From an uncultured delta proteobacterium (GTDB taxonomy: Bacteria; Desulfobacterota; Desulfobacteria; Desulfobacterales; JAFDCJ01), in assembly GCA_963723215.1 (NCBI GenBank), contig CAVRQG010000036.1:903-64902 (forward strand): a DNA stretch of 64,000 nucleotides, given 5' to 3'. Shown one piece after another: positions 10,411 through 21,548 of the stretch. A program made the translations under genes and the position numbers. The notes below the pieces were generated by a model. That model was given only the letters and a program-made list of their open reading frames with translations. It did not search any database and was not told where the DNA came from. Position 1 is the stretch's first letter. Each line of letters starts with the position of its first letter.

Positions 10411-10490
10411 AAACGCCTCCCAAAACCCGTTAATCAAGATGACCCCCGGCGTTGCTTCCTGATCTTCGAGCCCTTTAGATTGTTCTTTTG

Positions 10491-10526
10491 CAAAGTTGAT
10501 TGGAGAGAAACTCTCCGATCAACTTG
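10491..10526. terminator. Long hairpin between the binding-protein and ATPase genes
   Basis: AAGTTGATTGGAGAG-AAA-CTCTCCGATCAACTT. Confidence 0.55.
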
Positions 10527-10532
10527 ACGGTA

Positions 10533-11552
10533 CTATAGTTTGTAGTCGCCGTCCGCTTTTTTCCATTCCTTTAAATTTTCTTTGGTAACATCCATCCAGG
10601 CTTGTCCGTAGATAACCGGCACCCCGTCTTTGTTCTTTTTGATGATAATTTTCTCGTATCCGGGTCGGCCCAGATCCATCCCCTCTTTTATCTCTTCGCC
10701 TTTGAGCAGTTTATAGGCAACCATGGCCGTGGCATAACCGGCATCGGCCGGCACCCAGAAATGAATGGATTTCGCCGCGCCGCTTTCCAGATAATCACCG
10801 GCGACTGACGGCAGACATGTGCCGAAGGCGGCAACTTTTCCGATCATGCCTTTTTCTTCAATCGCCTGGGCGGCTCCGGGAACAGTGCTCATGGCGCTGC
10901 CCATGATCGCTTTCAGATCTGGATAGGTTTTGAGCAACTCCAGCGATTTTTGGTAAGCAATCTGCTGGTTTTCCTTTTCTTCGATTCTGTCGGTGGCCCG
11001 CACGATATCCGGGTATTTCTCTTTGGCCTGCATCTCTTCGCCGTCCACCCATTCATTGTGAGTCGTAGAGGTAAGATGTCCCACAAAGGGCTGCCATTGG
11101 CCGGCTTTTCCAATATTTTCGGCCATCACATCCATCATGTGGCGGCCGTAAGCGATGTTGTCAAATGCTTCGACATCAAAACTGACCTGCTTTTGATTGG
11201 AAGCCTCATGGGTGAAGGTCAGGATGCCGGCCTTATTGGCTTTCATAAAGGCCGGTACGAGGGACTCAGGGTCGTTGGGCACAACAAGAATGGCATCAAC
11301 ACCCTTGGCAATCAGATCTTCGACCAGAGCGACCTGGGCCGCGGGGTCCGCAGTGTCGGCACCGATTTGATAAGCTTTGACATCGGGAAATTCTTTGTCA
11401 AACGCTTCAATACCAAGCCGCATGTTGTCAAACCAGGCGACACCTTCAAGCTTGACAACCATAACGATCTCAAACTTATCTTTTGCACCGGCACTAAGTG
11501 CCAATCCAGCCGTCAACGACAAAACAAGCGCTAAAACTAAAAACTTTTTCAT
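10533..11552 (-). CDS. Sugar ABC substrate-binding protein (LsrB/RhaS-like family)
   Basis: Signal peptide MKKFLVLALV; VVKLEGVAWF, DLIAKGVDAILVVPND; AAGGAGAAGG upstream. Confidence 0.88.
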   Translation of the reverse strand: MKKFLVLALVLSLTAGLALSAGAKDKFEIVMVVKLEGVAWFDNMRLGIEAFDKEFPDVKAYQIGADTADPAAQVALVEDLIAKGVDAILVVPNDPESLVPAFMKANKAGILTFTHEASNQKQVSFDVEAFDNIAYGRHMMDVMAENIGKAGQWQPFVGHLTSTTHNEWVDGEEMQAKEKYPDIVRATDRIEEKENQQIAYQKSLELLKTYPDLKAIMGSAMSTVPGAAQAIEEKGMIGKVAAFGTCLPSVAGDYLESGAAKSIHFWVPADAGYATAMVAYKLLKGEEIKEGMDLGRPGYEKIIIKKNKDGVPVIYGQAWMDVTKENLKEWKKADGDYKL

Positions 11553-12034
11553 TTTCCTTCTCCTTTCGACATGATAGTTGAAAACTTTTCTCGACCAACA
11601 ATTGCTCCCCCTTATCCGGCGGGTGCCGATAGGGGAAAGCGACCCCCTACCTGGATCCCATCTGAAAAAATGATGCGGTCGCACGGGGTTAAGCATTTCC
11701 CGCAACGAGAAGACCGATCATCTGAGTTGATGGGAAAAATAACGTGGATATTTTGTCACATTACGCCATCTGGGAAAATAAATAAAATCAGTTTTAGCTT
11801 GTGAATCCTAATTGTCAAGAAAAAAGGATCCCAATGAAAACTGTTTTAAAATTTGTTCATTCATATTAAGGTATTTCCATATTCTGCTGGATGATAAAAT
11901 TGGTGGCCGTATGCAAGGGACGCGCCTTCCGGAGGGACGAATACCTACGCTACCGCAGATATAAAGGATCGGAGGGAGAGCAACCTCCTCAATGGAATCT
12001 GATCATTTGGGGTACAATGCTTTGGACGGTAACC

Positions 12035-13586
12035 ATGGGCAAAGAATATCTATCTAGGTGTCGACATCGGCACCTATTCATCAAAGGGCGTCTTGGTCAC
12101 CAAAGACGGTGAGGTGATCGCCGATCATATGGTTCCGCACGACATGAGCATGCCTCATCCCGGCTATTTTGAACATGACGCCGACGATGTATGGTGGCAT
12201 GATTTTGTCGAGATTGTTGGTCAATTGCTGGATCGGTCAGGTATCGATCCCAGGCAAATCCAAGGAATTGGTACGAGTGCCATCGGTCCCTGCGTCCTGC
12301 CGATTGATGAACACGGCAGACCTTTGCGGCCCGGCATCCTCTATGGTATCGACACGCGCTCAACCGAAGAGGTCGGTCACCTCGAACAGGTACTCGGGAG
12401 AGAAAAGATTTTCCGCAACAGTGCAACCAACCTGGACTCCCAGGCAGCCGGCCCCAAAATACTCTGGGTTCGGAATAACGAACCGCAAATCTATGACCGG
12501 ACAAGGTGGTTTCTGACCAGTCAGGCTTACCTGGTATATCGACTTACCGGTGTGGCAAGTATCGACATCTACAGCGCCAACTGCTATGCGCCATTGTTTG
12601 ATATTTATAATTTCGGTTGGTATGAAGATGTCGCCCGCCATATCACGCCCGTCGATCGCTTACCCAAGGCGACCTGGAGTTGCGAAATCGTTGGCGGTGT
12701 GACGGATCAGGCCGCCCGGCAGACGGGTTTGGCTGCCGGCACGCCGGTCATTACCGGTACCATCGATGCCGCTGCCGAGGCCATCAGTGCAGGGCTCGCG
12801 GAGGTCGGCGATATGATGATGATGTTTGGCAGCAGCATTTTTTTCATCATGAAAAGCGCCGAACTTATTAAAACCCAGCACTTTTGGAACGCCAATTTCC
12901 TGGAAAAAGAGACCTTTGCATTTATGGGGGGGATGTCGACTTCCGGTAGCCTGACCACCTGGTTCCGCGACCGCTTTGCCCGGGCAGAGATCGAAGACGA
13001 AAAATCAGGCGGAGTGAATGCCTATGCAATCCTGGCCGAAGAAGCGGCTGAATCCCCAACCGGTGCCAACGGGTTGATTGCACTGCCGTACTTTGAAGGT
13101 GAACGAACCCCCTTGCAGGACCCCGCGGCCAGGGGAATGTTGTTCGGCCTGAGTCTAAAACACACCCGCGGTGATATCTATCGCGCCATCCTGGAAAGCA
13201 TTGGTTTCGGCATTCGCCACAACGTGGAGGAGATGCGCAAAGAAGGGGTAATTCCCAAACGCATCCTGGCAGTCGGCGGCGGTATTCAAAACAATTTGTG
13301 GATGCAGCTTGTGGCCGACATCGTAGATATCGAGCTTTCCATTCCCCAGCAGTTGATCGGCGCCAGCTACGGCGACGCGTTTATGGCGGCTGTCGGTGTC
13401 GGTTTGTTCAAGGATTTGAGGGAAATACCCCGCTGGGTTAAAAAAAAGAAGGTTATCTCCCCCGACCCGCAAGTCCATAAACAGTATGCACTAAATTATA
13501 AAATCTTCCGCGAATTGTATGATGCCACCAAACCATTAATGCACGAACTATCTGATAGTTATAAAAATTCCAAGACGTCTAACTAA
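12035..13586 (+). CDS. FGGY-family carbohydrate kinase (xylulokinase-like), frameshifted just after the start codon
   Basis: ATGGGCAAAG minus one G gives MAKNIYLGVDIGTYSSKG, the FGGY phosphate-1 motif; GTIDAAAE, LPYFEGERTP, AVGGG. Confidence 0.88.
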
Positions 13587-14436
13587 ACAGGGTCTGCATA
13601 TTCATTTGCTCGACGGTGGCCTTCATTTCTTCTTCAGTGGGCCGTTTCAGAAAACTATCGGCAGCTTTCAAAAACTTGGGCAGTTCCTGAACATCGCCGA
13701 CCGTGTTGAGGAAGATGTCGGGGATACCGAGTACCCAATGAACGCATTTGGTGATGGCCGCTTCATCAGTCAGCGGTTCATACCAGGTGCTCCGGCTCCA
13801 TTTTTTATCACCCCAATATCCCCGGGCAATGGACTTGATCGTCTGGACAGCGATTTGACGCTCATGACAGTGGGCGACAAACTGCTCAAACTCAGTGGCA
13901 TAATTCGGGTTCTGCAAGAGCAGGTAATTACAGGGCAGAAGCACGCTATCGAAGGCAAAGCGCTCCAGGGTCTGCCGATGAAACCTCGGTGTATCGAGAC
14001 CATGACCGGTGATGCCGATCGACCCGGCCAATCCGGCCTCCTTAGCCTCAAGTAAAAATTCCAGGGCCCCGCCGGGTCCCATGATAATTTCCCGTTCGAC
14101 AATATCCGTCAGATTGTGAAACTGTAGGAGATCGACACGATCCACCTGAAGCCTGTCCAAAGATCGCTGAAATTGGTCTTTGGCATCTTGGTAGGTCCGC
14201 TCATTGGTTTTGGTGGCCAGAAAAAATTGATCGCGATATTTTTTCATCCAGGGTCCCAAACGCAATTCGGCCTCCCCATATTTGGGAGCGGTGTCGATAT
14301 GGTTGACCCCGAATTCTAACAGAAGGTCCAGAACGCGATCCGCCTCGGATTGGCTGACCCTGCCAAGGCTCGCTGAACCGAAAATGGTTCTGGAACTCAG
14401 ATGCCCGGTGCTTCCAAATGGTATTTTTTCAATCAT
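13579..14436 (-). CDS. Aldo/keto reductase
   Basis: GVNHIDTAPKYG, FLATK, SLDRLQVDRVDLLQFH. Confidence 0.9.
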   Translation of the reverse strand: MIEKIPFGSTGHLSSRTIFGSASLGRVSQSEADRVLDLLLEFGVNHIDTAPKYGEAELRLGPWMKKYRDQFFLATKTNERTYQDAKDQFQRSLDRLQVDRVDLLQFHNLTDIVEREIIMGPGGALEFLLEAKEAGLAGSIGITGHGLDTPRFHRQTLERFAFDSVLLPCNYLLLQNPNYATEFEQFVAHCHERQIAVQTIKSIARGYWGDKKWSRSTWYEPLTDEAAITKCVHWVLGIPDIFLNTVGDVQELPKFLKAADSFLKRPTEEEMKATVEQMNMQTLFS

Positions 14437-14564
14437 CTCGTCGCTCCCCCATAGCCGTCAGGCTAAGAGTTTATTAATAATATTTTGATGTTTTTAGACG
14501 GCAAATCACAAATCTCAATGACCAACAGTCTTGATTCACACCCTGCTCCTCCCTGCCATTCAAG

Positions 14565-15278
14565 TCAACCCCCCAGATAGGCTTTCTTAACCTCCGGATT
14601 TTCCAAAAGCTCATCAGAAGGCCCTTCCACCACCATGTGGCCGTTTTCCAGCACATATCCCCGCTGGGCAAATTTCAGTGCCAGCCGGGCATTTTGTTCC
14701 ACCAACAAAATCGTGGTTCCCTCCCGGTTGATTTCCTTGAGCGCATCGAACATGCTCAACATGAGTAAAGGCGCCAGCCCCATGGAAGGCTCATCCAACA
14801 GCATGACCTTGCGGCCGCTCATGTAAGCTCTACCGACAGCCAGCATCTGCTGTTCACCGCCGCTTAAGGTGCCGGATTTCTGGTTTTGACGTTCTTCCAG
14901 TCGGGGAAAAATGGAAAATACCCGTTTGACGTCCTGTTGAATCTGATCCTTATCCTTGCGGGCAAAGGTGGCCAGTTTGAGGTTTTCGTTGATCGTCATA
15001 TTTTCAAATAAGCGCCTGCCCTCCGGCACATGGGAAATACCCAGTTGGCTCACCACTCGATCGGCGGGGTATCCCAACAGGTCTTGGCCGGCATACGTCA
15101 TCTTCGATCCTGGTTCAACCGGGATCATGCGGGAGATTGCCTTGAGTGTCGTGCTTTTGCCGGCACCATTGGCACCGATGATACATACAATCTCGCCCTT
15201 GTCGATTTGAAAACCAAGTCCGTGCAACGCTTTTATGTTGCCGTACGATACCCGCAGATCCTCTACCGATAGTAACAT
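14565..15278 (-). CDS. livF: Branched-chain amino acid ABC transporter ATP-binding protein
   Basis: GANGAGKST, VPEGRRLF, LSGGEQQMLA, LDEPSMGLAP. Confidence 0.93.
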   Translation of the reverse strand: MLLSVEDLRVSYGNIKALHGLGFQIDKGEIVCIIGANGAGKSTTLKAISRMIPVEPGSKMTYAGQDLLGYPADRVVSQLGISHVPEGRRLFENMTINENLKLATFARKDKDQIQQDVKRVFSIFPRLEERQNQKSGTLSGGEQQMLAVGRAYMSGRKVMLLDEPSMGLAPLLMLSMFDALKEINREGTTILLVEQNARLALKFAQRGYVLENGHMVVEGPSDELLENPEVKKAYLGG

Positions 15279-16048
15279 TATTCAACCATCTCCTTGCCAA
15301 GATAGGCATCGATCACCTTGGGGTTGCTCTGAATTTCTTCCGGGGTTCCTTCGGCAATCACCTCACCGAAGACCAGGGTCTGAATCCTCTGGCAAAGTTC
15401 CATGACCACTTTCATGCGGTGCTCGATAAGAAAAATGGCCATTCCCAATTCACCATGAACCTGACGTATAATATCCATCATTTGAACCAGTTCTTCCGGA
15501 TTCATGCCGGCCGTCGGTTCATCTAAAAACAAGACTTTAGGTTCCATGGCCAATGCCCGGGCCATTTCCACTCTTCGCTGGGCGCCGTATGCCAGGTTCA
15601 GTACGATCTGATCTGCAAACTGGTCCACCCCCATCATTTTTAAGAGATAATAGGCTTTCTCTTCACTTTCGGCTTCTTCCCGATGCCGTTTTGCCGTACC
15701 GAAAAACGCTCCGACCAGGCCATAGGTAAGCTTTGAATAACGGGCCATTTTCACATGTTCCAGCACTGTCATATGCCGCCACAAAAGCATATTTTGGAAA
15801 GTCCGACCGATTCCCAGGGAAGCAATCTCATGGGGCGAACGTCCGTTTAATTTATTGCCATCCAAGGAAATGGTACCTTCTGTGGGCTGGTAGATGCCGG
15901 TAATGAGGTTAAAAATGGTTGTTTTGCCGGCGCCGTTGGGACCGATCAGCCCCCGAATCTGACCGGGGTCGATTTCAAGACCGTAGTTGTAGACGGCTCG
16001 CAATCCACCAAAGTAGTGCGTCATTTTATCAATTTGAAGCAATGACAT
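15278..16048 (-). CDS. livG: Branched-chain amino acid ABC transporter ATP-binding protein
   Basis: FGGLRAV, GPNGAGKTT, RTFQN, LAYGAQRRVEMARAL, VIDAYLG. Confidence 0.93.
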   Translation of the reverse strand: MSLLQIDKMTHYFGGLRAVYNYGLEIDPGQIRGLIGPNGAGKTTIFNLITGIYQPTEGTISLDGNKLNGRSPHEIASLGIGRTFQNMLLWRHMTVLEHVKMARYSKLTYGLVGAFFGTAKRHREEAESEEKAYYLLKMMGVDQFADQIVLNLAYGAQRRVEMARALAMEPKVLFLDEPTAGMNPEELVQMMDIIRQVHGELGMAIFLIEHRMKVVMELCQRIQTLVFGEVIAEGTPEEIQSNPKVIDAYLGKEMVE

Positions 16049-16071
16049 ATGATTTACCTTTTCATCTCGTA

Positions 16072-17368
16072 CTATTGTTTCTTTTTCGGCTGAATCAACT
16101 TTTTAACATCAAATTCCTTGAAAGCGATTAGGCCCGTCGGGCGGAAAATCATCACCAGAATCAAAAGAAGTGGAATGATAATCCATTTAAAAAGTTCCAG
16201 CGGTCGCAGCATCTCTCCGAGCAGGCTGATACTGCAGGCGCCGACGATGGAACCGTATACCGAGTTCAACCCGCCAAAATAGACCATGGCCAGAACTTCG
16301 GCCAGCTTCTGGATGCCGAAGGTTCCCGGATTCACGTATCGCAGGACATGGGCGTATAAACCACCCGCGACACCGGCCCAAAAGGCGGCAAATAAAAAGG
16401 CCGTTATTTTGGTCTGGCGGGTGTCTACGGTCATGGCGTCCGCGGCCATTTCGTTGTCGCGTACCGCATTCAATGCTTTGCCCAGTGTCGAGCGCACAAA
16501 ATTATTCATGATCCAGATGCCGAGCACAACGGTTGCGAAAACAGCCGGTCGGTTGGCCCAACCGGGCTGGTCGCCCAATCCACGGGGTCCCCCCACAAAT
16601 TCGAGATTTTCGATCAGACTTTTTACGATGAACATAAACGCCAGCGAAATGATGGCCAGATAATCCCCCCGGGTCCTGAAAGAGGGTATGGCCACCGCCA
16701 AGGCACCAATGGCGGCAATCAGTCCGCCGAAGATTAAGGCAATCGGAAAAAAAAATGGGCCCAACCAGTGGGGCAGCAGGGCCGTTCCGAAAAGTTTGTC
16801 ATCGGCAAATAAGGCGACGGTGAAAACTGAGGAGGCGTATGCCCCCAAGGCCATAAATCCGGGGTGAGAGCAGGAAAATTCGCCCATGTAGCCGTTGATC
16901 AGGTTCAAACTCAATGTCAGCAGAACGGCTATCATGGTAAATCTGAGGACATCTGCCCGATAGAGGCTCATATTCGACCACCAGTGCAAAATTGCGTATA
17001 GCATACCCAGATGAATGAGAACCGAAACCATCAGCGGATAGTCGAGAAGTTTGGCTGCCAGCCGGTTCATGCTCGCTGCACTCAACCGTGCAACCGCACC
17101 GATCGGCAGCAGATAAATCAGTAGAGAAATAAATTAAGGCACTGTGGATCAAGGCCGGCTTTTTGAGCATGATAACAAAGCCGAAAAGCATCGGCGCTTT
17201 GCGCAACCCCAGGGTTCGGGCAAAGGGAGTGCCGATGAAATATTCCAGCGCTACCGCGACCAGCGCACCCAACAGCCAACTCATCAGGGGGATCTGGGCA
17301 AAGAAAACCCGAATTAGGTTGGAAATCTGTCTCTCGTCCGTGGACAGTCCGTCGTGCGTTACTTCCAT
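16072..17368 (-). CDS. livM: Branched-chain amino acid ABC permease, split by a frameshift near 17128
   Basis: LNLINGYMGEFS, RTRGDYLAII, AVRDNEMAA; removing one T from GCCTTAATTTATTTCT joins ORF 16799..17368 to ORF 16072..17085. Confidence 0.85.
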
Positions 17369-17402
17369 GTCAGATCCTTGTTCCTCAAATTGCTATTTAC
17401 AA

Positions 17403-18323
17403 TCACAGCCTCAGCTTCGCACTGTAGGGTTCACCAAAGAAACCGTGAGGCCGAAATACCAGAATAAGTAAAATGATTGAATACGCGATAAAATCCCGGA
17501 AGGTAGATGGGAAGACCATCGGCACAAACATTTCGATAAAGCCCAGTAGGAAGCCCGCCAGGGTGGCCCCCACGACCGAACCTCTACCGCCTAAAATGGC
17601 GGCAACAAAAGCCTTCCAGCCGATAAGAATACCCATGTAGGGATCTAATACCGGATAGGCAACACCGAACAGAATGCCGGCTACGGCGGCTAATCCTGAA
17701 CCGATGGCAAAAGTGAGCGCCGCGATTCTATTGAGCGGCACGCCCATTAACGGCACAACTGCATAATCAAAAGCCATGGCCCGCATGGCCATCCCCCAGC
17801 GCGTACGGCGGATAAACTGGTGCAGTGCAAAAGACAAAGTAATGGACACCAGCACAATCATAATTTTTTTGTTTGTCACGAACACCCCGCCCAGGGAATA
17901 GGTGGATGTCTCGATCAAGGATGGGAAACTGTATCTTTGTGCCCCTAGCAAAATCAGATTGCCGGTTTCTAAAATGATACCGATCATCAGACCAGTGATA
18001 GCGGCCGATGCTCTGGGGGCATCGCGCAAAGGACGGTAACCAACGCGTTCGACAAACATTCCCACAAAAGACGTCAGGATCATGGAGATCAGAATCGTCA
18101 AAACCAGAATCAACCAGCCGGGCAACGCAAATGCTCCCATGCTGGTAAGAGCCACGATCGTAGTGGCAACGCCGAGCCCGATATAGGCGCCGACCATGAA
18201 AATATCCCCGTGAGCAAAGTTAAACAGCATCAGGATGCTGTACACCATGGAATATCCCAACGCGATGAGCGCGTAAAAACTTCCCCACTGCAATGCGTTG
18301 ACCAGGTTTTGAAAAAATACCAT
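17403..18323 (-). CDS. livH: Branched-chain amino acid ABC permease
   Basis: GSFYALIALGYSMVY, NFAHGD, KAFVAAILGG, RPHGFFG. Confidence 0.93.
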   Translation of the reverse strand: MVFFQNLVNALQWGSFYALIALGYSMVYSILMLFNFAHGDIFMVGAYIGLGVATTIVALTSMGAFALPGWLILVLTILISMILTSFVGMFVERVGYRPLRDAPRASAAITGLMIGIILETGNLILLGAQRYSFPSLIETSTYSLGGVFVTNKKIMIVLVSITLSFALHQFIRRTRWGMAMRAMAFDYAVVPLMGVPLNRIAALTFAIGSGLAAVAGILFGVAYPVLDPYMGILIGWKAFVAAILGGRGSVVGATLAGFLLGFIEMFVPMVFPSTFRDFIAYSIILLILVFRPHGFFGEPYSAKLRL

Positions 18324-18423
18324 CGATGGTCTCCTTGGTTCCGCTAAAAGGATTGAATATTTTCGAATGAATATTGAATATTTAAGGTCCGCCTTTAGCG
18401 GATCGATTATAGAAAACCATCAT

Positions 18424-18517
18424 CGAACCCCTCGCGGCAAATCGCGGGGTATCATCTGATGCAAAAAAAATCGATTGTAGTAAGTTGCGGGGAACTAAAC
18501 CCAAATAAAAACTAAAC
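18424..18517. repeat. REP/MITE-like palindromic element
   Basis: ACCCCTCGCGGCAAATCGCGGGGT hairpin followed by GCGGGGAACTAAACCC. Confidence 0.4.
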
Positions 18518-18660
18518 TGAAATGGATAAGTACCAAGCCTTAAGTTAATGGCTTTTGAAGTTCCACGGTTTAAAGTTTTCCGGCGCAGACGTCCCGGGGT
18601 TCAGGATCGAGGTCAACCTCTAACCTCTGAACCCTGAACCCGGAACGGTTATAACCTGTC

Positions 18661-19839
18661 TCAGGGACAGACGGATTTAAAGAATTCAAATTCACCGGCA
18701 TCGCTGATTCGAACGATGACGGCACACTTGATGGGATCGCCGTCCTCGGTAAAGGTCATGCCGCCGGTAATTCCATCAAAGTCTTTAATGGTTGCCAGGG
18801 CATCGCGCACAGCCTGGCGATCCTTTTTGAGGTCGCCGGTCAGCTCGCCGGCCCCTTCAATGGCCGTTTGAACAATACGCATCGCATCCCAGGTCAGGGC
18901 CGCCACGTCATCCGGCACGTAACCGTGCTCTTTTTCATAGCGATCGATAAAGGCCTTGGTGGCGCCTTTGGCGCCGGCTGCCGCATAATGGGTGCTGAAG
19001 AACAGGCCGTAGCAGTCTTTGCCGCAAAGTTTGACGGTCTCAGCCGAACCCCAGCTATCGCTGCCCACAATCGGTTTGTTCCAGCCCAACTGGTGGGCCT
19101 GCTGAACAATCAAGGGTACTTCATTGTAATATTGAGGTGTAAACAAGACTTCAGCGCCAGAGCTATTGATTTTCGTCAGCTGGGAGCTAAAGTCGGCATC
19201 TTTGGTGGTGAAGCTTTCATAGGCCACGACCGAGCCGGGACCGTTCAGATCTTCCCAGGCCGCTTTAAAAAATTCGGCCAGTCCCTTGGGATAGTCACTG
19301 GCTACGTCATAGAGAACAGCCGCTTTTTTGAAGCCGAACTCCTCTTTGATAAATTTTGCGACCACCGGCCCCTGAAACGGATCCAGAAAGCAGCCGCGAA
19401 ATACGAAAGGACGATCTTTGGTGGTGTCCGGGTTGGTCGACCAGGGGCTGACCATCGGTGTGCCCAGTTCATTGGCCTTAGCGCCGGCGGGAATGGCCTG
19501 CTTCGACGATTGGGGACCGACAATGGCCAGCACATCTTCCTCGGTAATCAGTTTGGTGTTGGCCTTAACGGCAGATTCGGCTTTGGATTCATTGTCTTCA
19601 ATAATCAACTCTACCTTGTATTTTTCCCCTCCGACCTCAATACCGCCGGCCGCATTGACGTCCTCCAGCCACATTTGAGCCGCAAATTTGGTGCCCTCAC
19701 CCACCTTGGGGATATCGCCGGTGAGCGGTGCGTTGACCCCGATTCTGATGCTTTCGGGTCCTTTTGCCAATGCGCCGCCCCCCAGGCCCGCAATAACAAA
19801 GGCAATAATCGTCACAATTAACATTGTCTTTTTCATCAT
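18661..19839 (-). CDS. Branched-chain/neutral amino acid ABC substrate-binding protein (LivK/LivJ-like), copy 1
   Basis: Signal peptide; IRIGVNAPLTG, FVFRGCFLDPFQG, DFSSQLTKI. Confidence 0.92.
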   Translation of the reverse strand: MMKKTMLIVTIIAFVIAGLGGGALAKGPESIRIGVNAPLTGDIPKVGEGTKFAAQMWLEDVNAAGGIEVGGEKYKVELIIEDNESKAESAVKANTKLITEEDVLAIVGPQSSKQAIPAGAKANELGTPMVSPWSTNPDTTKDRPFVFRGCFLDPFQGPVVAKFIKEEFGFKKAAVLYDVASDYPKGLAEFFKAAWEDLNGPGSVVAYESFTTKDADFSSQLTKINSSGAEVLFTPQYYNEVPLIVQQAHQLGWNKPIVGSDSWGSAETVKLCGKDCYGLFFSTHYAAAGAKGATKAFIDRYEKEHGYVPDDVAALTWDAMRIVQTAIEGAGELTGDLKKDRQAVRDALATIKDFDGITGGMTFTEDGDPIKCAVIVRISDAGEFEFFKSVCP

Positions 19840-20081
19840 TAACCTCCTTTTTGAACGACTCGAATTAAAGTGTTATGGACTCGAAAACCAACATCCCGAA
19901 ATCCACGAAATTGTTAAAACGCATATCACAACCATCTAAAGTTATCAACATTCGAATCTGAAAATCGGTAACGGTGCTTTCCGTCTAGAATGAATAATCC
20001 GGTTGAGCCGGATTAGAAAGGGCGCCCGAAGCTCAAGCTGAAAGTGTAAACAGGAATATTCCTTTGTTTTACCTTGAGCTT

Positions 20082-21273
20082 TCAGCCTGAATTCCACGGA
20101 CAGACGGATTTGTAGAATTCAAACTCACCGGTATCGCTGATTCGAACGATGACGGCACACTTAATCGGATCGCCGTCCTCGGTAAAGGTCATGCCGCCGG
20201 TAATTCCGTCGAAGTCTTTAATGGTGGCCAATGGCATCGCGCACCGCCTTGCGATCGTTTTCGATGTTGCCGGTCAGCGCACCGAGCCCTTCGATCGCTT
20301 TTTGAACGATATGCATGGAATCCCAGGTAAGGGCGGCCACATCATCGGGTACATACCCATATTCTTTTTTATAGCGATTGATGAATTCGGCGGTGGCACC
20401 CTTGGCGCCGGCGGCGGCATAGTGGGTACTGAAGAAAAGGCCGTAACAGTCTTTGCCGCAAAGTTTGACGGTTTCAGCAGAACCCCAGCTGTCGCTGCCC
20501 ACAATCGGCTTGTTCCAGCCCAGTTGATGGGCCTGCTGAACGATCAAAGCCACTTCGTTGTAATATTGAGGTGTAAACATGAATTCAGCGCCGGAACTTA
20601 TGATTTTGGTAAGCTGGGAGCTGAAATCAGCATCTTTGGTGGTAAAGCTTTCATAGGCAACTACGGAACCGGCACCGTTTAACTCCTCCCATGCTGCTTT
20701 GAAGAATTCAGCCAACCCCTTCGGATAATCACTGGCCACATCATAGAGGACGGCCGCTTTGGTGAAACCGTATTCATCTTTGGCAAATTTGGCCACTACC
20801 GGTCCCTGAAACGGGTCCAGAAAGCAGCCGCGGAACACAAAAGGGCGGTTCTTGGTCGTATTCGGATTTGTCGACCAGGGACTGATCATGGGTGTACCCA
20901 GTTCATTGGCCTTGCCGCCGGCGGGCACCGCTTGCTTTGAGGATTGGGGTCCGACAATCGCCAGAACTTCATCCTCGGTGATAAGCTTTGTGTTTACTTT
21001 TACAGCCGACTCGCCTTTGGATTCGTTGTCCTCAATAATCAGTTCAACCTTATATTTTTTGCCACCGACCTCAATGCCGCCGCCCGCATTGACGTCTTCC
21101 AGCCACATCCGGGCGGCAAATTTGGTGCCCTCACCCACCTTGGGGATATCGCCGGTGAGCGGTGCGTTGATTCCGATCTTGATGGTTTCAGCGTCATTGG
21201 GGCTGCATGCAAAGAACACCGGTACCACGAAAAAACCCACGCTGACCAAAATCGCAAATAACTTTTCTCTCAT
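20082..21273 (-). CDS. LivK/LivJ-like substrate-binding protein, copy 2, frameshifted near 20230
   Basis: Near-identical to copy 1; after RDA the other frame continues ATIKDFDGITGGMTFTEDGDPIKCAVIVRISDTGEFEFYKSVCP; possible lipobox FFAC. Confidence 0.88.
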
Positions 21274-21548
21274 GACTGCCCCCTCAATTTATTTGTCAAT
21301 GCTCAAGATAAGAAATCTGGTTAAGTAGCTTGATCCGGCAGACCAAACCTTAAATTACGCAAAAAAATGCCGTGGTCAATACCTCATAAAGGTTTTTTTG
21401 ACATGAGACCCAGCATTTTTTTTGCCAACCAAGAATTTTTGAAATCAATTTTGATGATATCGTAAAAATTTAAATTAATTATTGACAGTATCATCAATTT
21501 TTTTTACAGCTATATCAGGGCATAAGATCAACTGGACCGCCAGAAACC

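Noticed and set aside
10533-11705. Extended N-termini given by the ORF track (also acoA, gcvPB, gntR, rpiR, second BMC-H)
   Set aside because: Downstream starts have RBS and/or match family N-termini; the extensions run through intergenic sequence or neighbouring genes
6827-13586. Complete AI-2 (lsr) quorum-sensing operon
   Set aside because: No lsrR or lsrG; the binding-protein family also covers ordinary sugars; lsrF is over 30 kb away
18868-19821. 317 aa + strand ORF
   Set aside because: Antisense shadow of the livK-like gene with no recognisable motifs
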